A stretch of DNA of 37,486 nt, from assembly GCA_937889205.1 (NCBI GenBank), contig CALARN010000161.1, positions 1 to 37,486 on the forward strand. The letters run 5' to 3'. The stretch comes from an uncultured bacterium (GTDB lineage Bacteria; Patescibacteriota; Dojkabacteria; B142; OLB20). Every line of letters starts with the position of its first letter. Position 1 is the stretch's first letter. The translations under genes and the position numbers were made by a program. Shown here one piece after another: positions 35,075-37,486 of this stretch. A model generated the notes under the pieces. It did no database searches, was not told where the DNA came from, and was given only the letters and a program-made list of their open reading frames with translations.

Positions 35075-36061
35075 ATGGAAAGACATCCAGTGCCCCAGAA
35101 TATTATGGATGTTGAGTTCAAGCTCTTTGGAGCACTCACCATTAAGCAATTCACATATGCTGCTGGAGGTTTTGTGGTAGCTTTATTAGTATATTTCAGC
35201 GGATTACCCGATGTGCTTCGTTGGCCCTTCATTGGCCTTGCTTTAGCTGTAGGGTTTTTCCTTTCGGTAGTGAAAATTAACGGACAGTCTTCTACAGTGT
35301 TTGTGTCGAATTTTATTATCTCAATGTTTGAGCCTCAAGAAAGGTTGTGGAAGAAGTCTGCAATTGTTCCTGACATACTCAAAGAAGATAATAATTCTCA
35401 GGCGAGAAAGATTGAAGAGGTGACCGGATTAATTAAAAAAGGCAAAATGGATAGCATCGCACCAAAGCCACTTGCCGATGTAGAAATCCCAGAATCAGAA
35501 AAGCAACTTGTAGTAGCAGAAGAAGAGAATTTGAAGCAAATTGAGAAGCATTTTAATTTTTTGTTCGAAGATTTACCACAAGTGGCTACTGCTTCTGTGA
35601 ATCCACAGATAAAGACAATTGTAAAGCAAGCAGAAAATCCGATTATAAATAAACCACAAACTTTGGCCGGTGGTGTTGCCGCCCAGCAGCAGCTTAATGA
35701 CACTGTTTATCAAGGAAGTAATTACGCCGTAGGTTTTAAACCAATGAATAATCAAAATCCAAGACCGTTGACAGTATCATTTAATAAGAATGTAAATCTA
35801 AAAGAAACGAACTATCTTAAAGGTTATATAGTTAACGCTTCGGGGGAACCAATTGAGTCTGCAGCTGTATATATGCTTAATAAAAATGGTCAAATTATTA
35901 GAAATGCCACTAGTTTAAAGAATGGTAGCTTTGCAATTGCTTCAGGAATTGAAACGGGAGATTATTTAATTGATGTAAAAAAAGAGGGTTTTAAGTTTCC
36001 CAGATATTCAGTATCATTAAAGGGAGATAAAATAATGGAAATTAAATTACAGGCGTTATAA
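35075..36061 (+). CDS. PrgI (VirB3-like) family membrane protein fused to a C-terminal carboxypeptidase-regulatory-like beta-sandwich domain
   Basis: About 328 aa (ATG at 35075; TTG at 35069 is the alternative). The N-terminus VPQNIMDVEFKLFGALTIKQF.Y...G plus two TMs fits the PrgI pattern. The C-terminus GYIVNASGEPIESAAVYMLNKNG......TSLKNGSF.I....GDY.I.V.KEGF fits a CarboxypepD_reg-like fold. Confidence 0.55.
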   Translation: MERHPVPQNIMDVEFKLFGALTIKQFTYAAGGFVVALLVYFSGLPDVLRWPFIGLALAVGFFLSVVKINGQSSTVFVSNFIISMFEPQERLWKKSAIVPDILKEDNNSQARKIEEVTGLIKKGKMDSIAPKPLADVEIPESEKQLVVAEEENLKQIEKHFNFLFEDLPQVATASVNPQIKTIVKQAENPIINKPQTLAGGVAAQQQLNDTVYQGSNYAVGFKPMNNQNPRPLTVSFNKNVNLKETNYLKGYIVNASGEPIESAAVYMLNKNGQIIRNATSLKNGSFAIASGIETGDYLIDVKKEGFKFPRYSVSLKGDKIMEIKLQAL

Positions 36062-36070
36062 AGTATATAT

Positions 36071-36775
36071 ATGGGATTATTTTCTAGCGGTAGTATACCG
36101 AGCACACAACAACACTTAGAAATAGAAGACATTCGTGATGATTTAGTCATCTTAAAGAATGGGATGGTGTCTGTTGTTGTTGAAGTAAACGCAATTAACT
36201 TTGATTTATTGTCTGAGAAAGAGCAAGATGTGAAAATTATGCAATTTGCTGCTTTATTAAACTCACTAGATTTTCCTTTTCAAATTGTTGTCAAGACTGA
36301 AAGAACAGATGTCACCAATTATGTAGATAAGTTAAAAAATTATAAAGAAAAGCAAATCTCTGAAGCGTTGAAGAGGCAGATAGAAATCTATATAAATTTT
36401 ATTACTAATTTAACAGCTAACAAAGAAGTGCTTGATAAATCATTTTTTGTTGCAATTCCTGAATCCGCCTCTGTTGTTCAAAAGACTAGCGCTGTAAAGC
36501 AAATATTTGGTAAGAAAGAAAAGATAACAAATTTAAAAAGCATTTTAGAAGCTGTTAAGCCAAAACTTTATCCAAAGCGCGATCACATTGTGAAGCAATT
36601 TAAGAATATTGGTTTACAAGCGCATCCAATGAATAACGATGCTTTAATTAGGTTATATTATTCAATGTATGATCCTGATAAATCAGGTATCGGAAAATTA
36701 CAGTTAGCAACTACAGAATTTACATCAAGTTTAGTGCAACCACAGGTTGCACCTGAAAATATACAACAAATATAA
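36071..36775 (+). CDS. Hypothetical protein of the T4SS-like module
   Basis: 234 aa with no TM. The N-terminal pattern HLEIEDIRDDLVILKNG..SVVVEVNAINFDLLSEKEQD......F..LLNSL.FPFQIVV resembles the N-terminal region of Gram-positive VirB4/TrsE-type proteins. Its stop overlaps the next start (TAATG). Confidence 0.4.
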   Translation: MGLFSSGSIPSTQQHLEIEDIRDDLVILKNGMVSVVVEVNAINFDLLSEKEQDVKIMQFAALLNSLDFPFQIVVKTERTDVTNYVDKLKNYKEKQISEALKRQIEIYINFITNLTANKEVLDKSFFVAIPESASVVQKTSAVKQIFGKKEKITNLKSILEAVKPKLYPKRDHIVKQFKNIGLQAHPMNNDALIRLYYSMYDPDKSGIGKLQLATTEFTSSLVQPQVAPENIQQI

Positions 36776-37486
36776 TGGGCATATTAGATATACTATTAGG
36801 AAAACCAACAAAACCAATTGCTGGTTCACAAGTACAGACAACTGCGGTGCCATCTGAAGAAGAACGCGAAGAGCAAGCTGTGAGAAATTTCAGTGAGGGT
36901 ATTGTTGATGTTAAAGATATTATTGCTCCTCCGGCAATTGAAATTGATTTCAATCATTTACAAATTGGTGACAAATATTTCCGCACATTTTTTGCTACCG
37001 GTTTTCCTAGATGGGTAGGTGCTAATTGGTTATCACCTTTGATTAACTTCGATAGGCCCATGACAATTAGTACATTTTACTACCCAACTGACTCTGGCAT
37101 GGTACTGCAAAGGTTAAAAAGAAAAATCGCAGAGTTTCAAGCAACAATAAATATTGAACTAGAGGCCGGTAAACTTCCCGATCCAAGTATTAAAGTAGCG
37201 TTAAGAGATGCAGAAGAGCTGCAGGATCAGATTGCTAGTGGCAATGAAAAATTCTTTCATTTCGGATTATATATCACTATCCGCTCTACAAATCTTAAAG
37301 ACTTAGAAGATACTACTAGAAGCGTTGAATCGGTGCTTTCAGCTTTGGGGGTAATTGTTAAAGTTGCTTCTTTGCAACAAGAACAAGGATTTATTTCTAC
37401 TATACCAATGGGTTTAGATAAGATATATCTTACCCGTAATATGGATACAACTTCGCTAGCCACGACTTTCCCTTTTGTATCGTCAG
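36775..37486 (+). CDS. VirB4/TrsE-like type IV secretion ATPase, N-terminal part (runs off the window)
   Basis: Manual translation from the ATG at 36775 stays open to the window end (237 codons). VKDIIAPPAIEIDFNHLQIGDKYFRTFFATGFPRWVG.NWLSPLI......ISTFYYP.D...RKI.....EL...I.SGNEKFFHFGLYITI..........LGV......LQQEQGF.STIPMG matches the VirB4 N-domain pattern. It is not in the ORF track because no stop is reached. Confidence 0.7.
   Translation, partial: MGILDILLGKPTKPIAGSQVQTTAVPSEEEREEQAVRNFSEGIVDVKDIIAPPAIEIDFNHLQIGDKYFRTFFATGFPRWVGANWLSPLINFDRPMTISTFYYPTDSGMVLQRLKRKIAEFQATINIELEAGKLPDPSIKVALRDAEELQDQIASGNEKFFHFGLYITIRSTNLKDLEDTTRSVESVLSALGVIVKVASLQQEQGFISTIPMGLDKIYLTRNMDTTSLATTFPFVSS

Noticed and set aside
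1-37486. Scan for mobile elements, CRISPR arrays, rRNA and tRNA genes, and integrase, transposase or toxin-antitoxin modules.
   Set aside because: None was found. All long ORFs are accounted for. Every intergenic region is at most 320 nt and is explained by promoters, terminators or the T-box leader.

Overview
AT-rich, tightly packed bacterial chromosome segment. No rRNA, tRNA, CRISPR array or mobile element was found. 91-16335 (+) is one long translation-apparatus cluster: tuf, then the S10, spc and alpha operons, then rplM-rpsI. It lacks rpmD (L30) between rpsE and rplO, and lacks adk and map between secY and infA. Almost no gene has a Shine-Dalgarno motif, and several ribosomal proteins carry Lys/Ala-rich extensions. 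Together with the accessory genes, this suggests a reduced-genome CPR/Patescibacteria-like organism; that assignment is inference. After the ribosomal block come an MFS transporter (-), an HI0933-type flavoprotein, a LemA/DUF2207 pair, a very divergent SecD/SecF-like pair, and a GNAT. These are followed by a minus-strand sufC-sufB-miniSufD-sufS operon and a minus-strand archaeal-type AspRS with a C-terminal YbaK/ProX-like editing domain. A T-box-like leader precedes that AspRS gene. The last 7 kb (+) is an envelope/secretion-like locus: a PEGA protein, a 1062-aa degenerate-epimerase/TM/DUF4012 protein, greA, a PrgI(VirB3)-like fusion protein, a 234-aa unknown, and the 5' part of a VirB4-like ATPase. 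The most notable observations are the T-box leader, the AspRS-editing domain fusion, EF-Tu with non-consensus P-loop and NKxD motifs, the degenerate SecDF-like pair, and the T4SS-like/DUF4012 locus. All homology calls come from reading the translations by eye; no searches were run.
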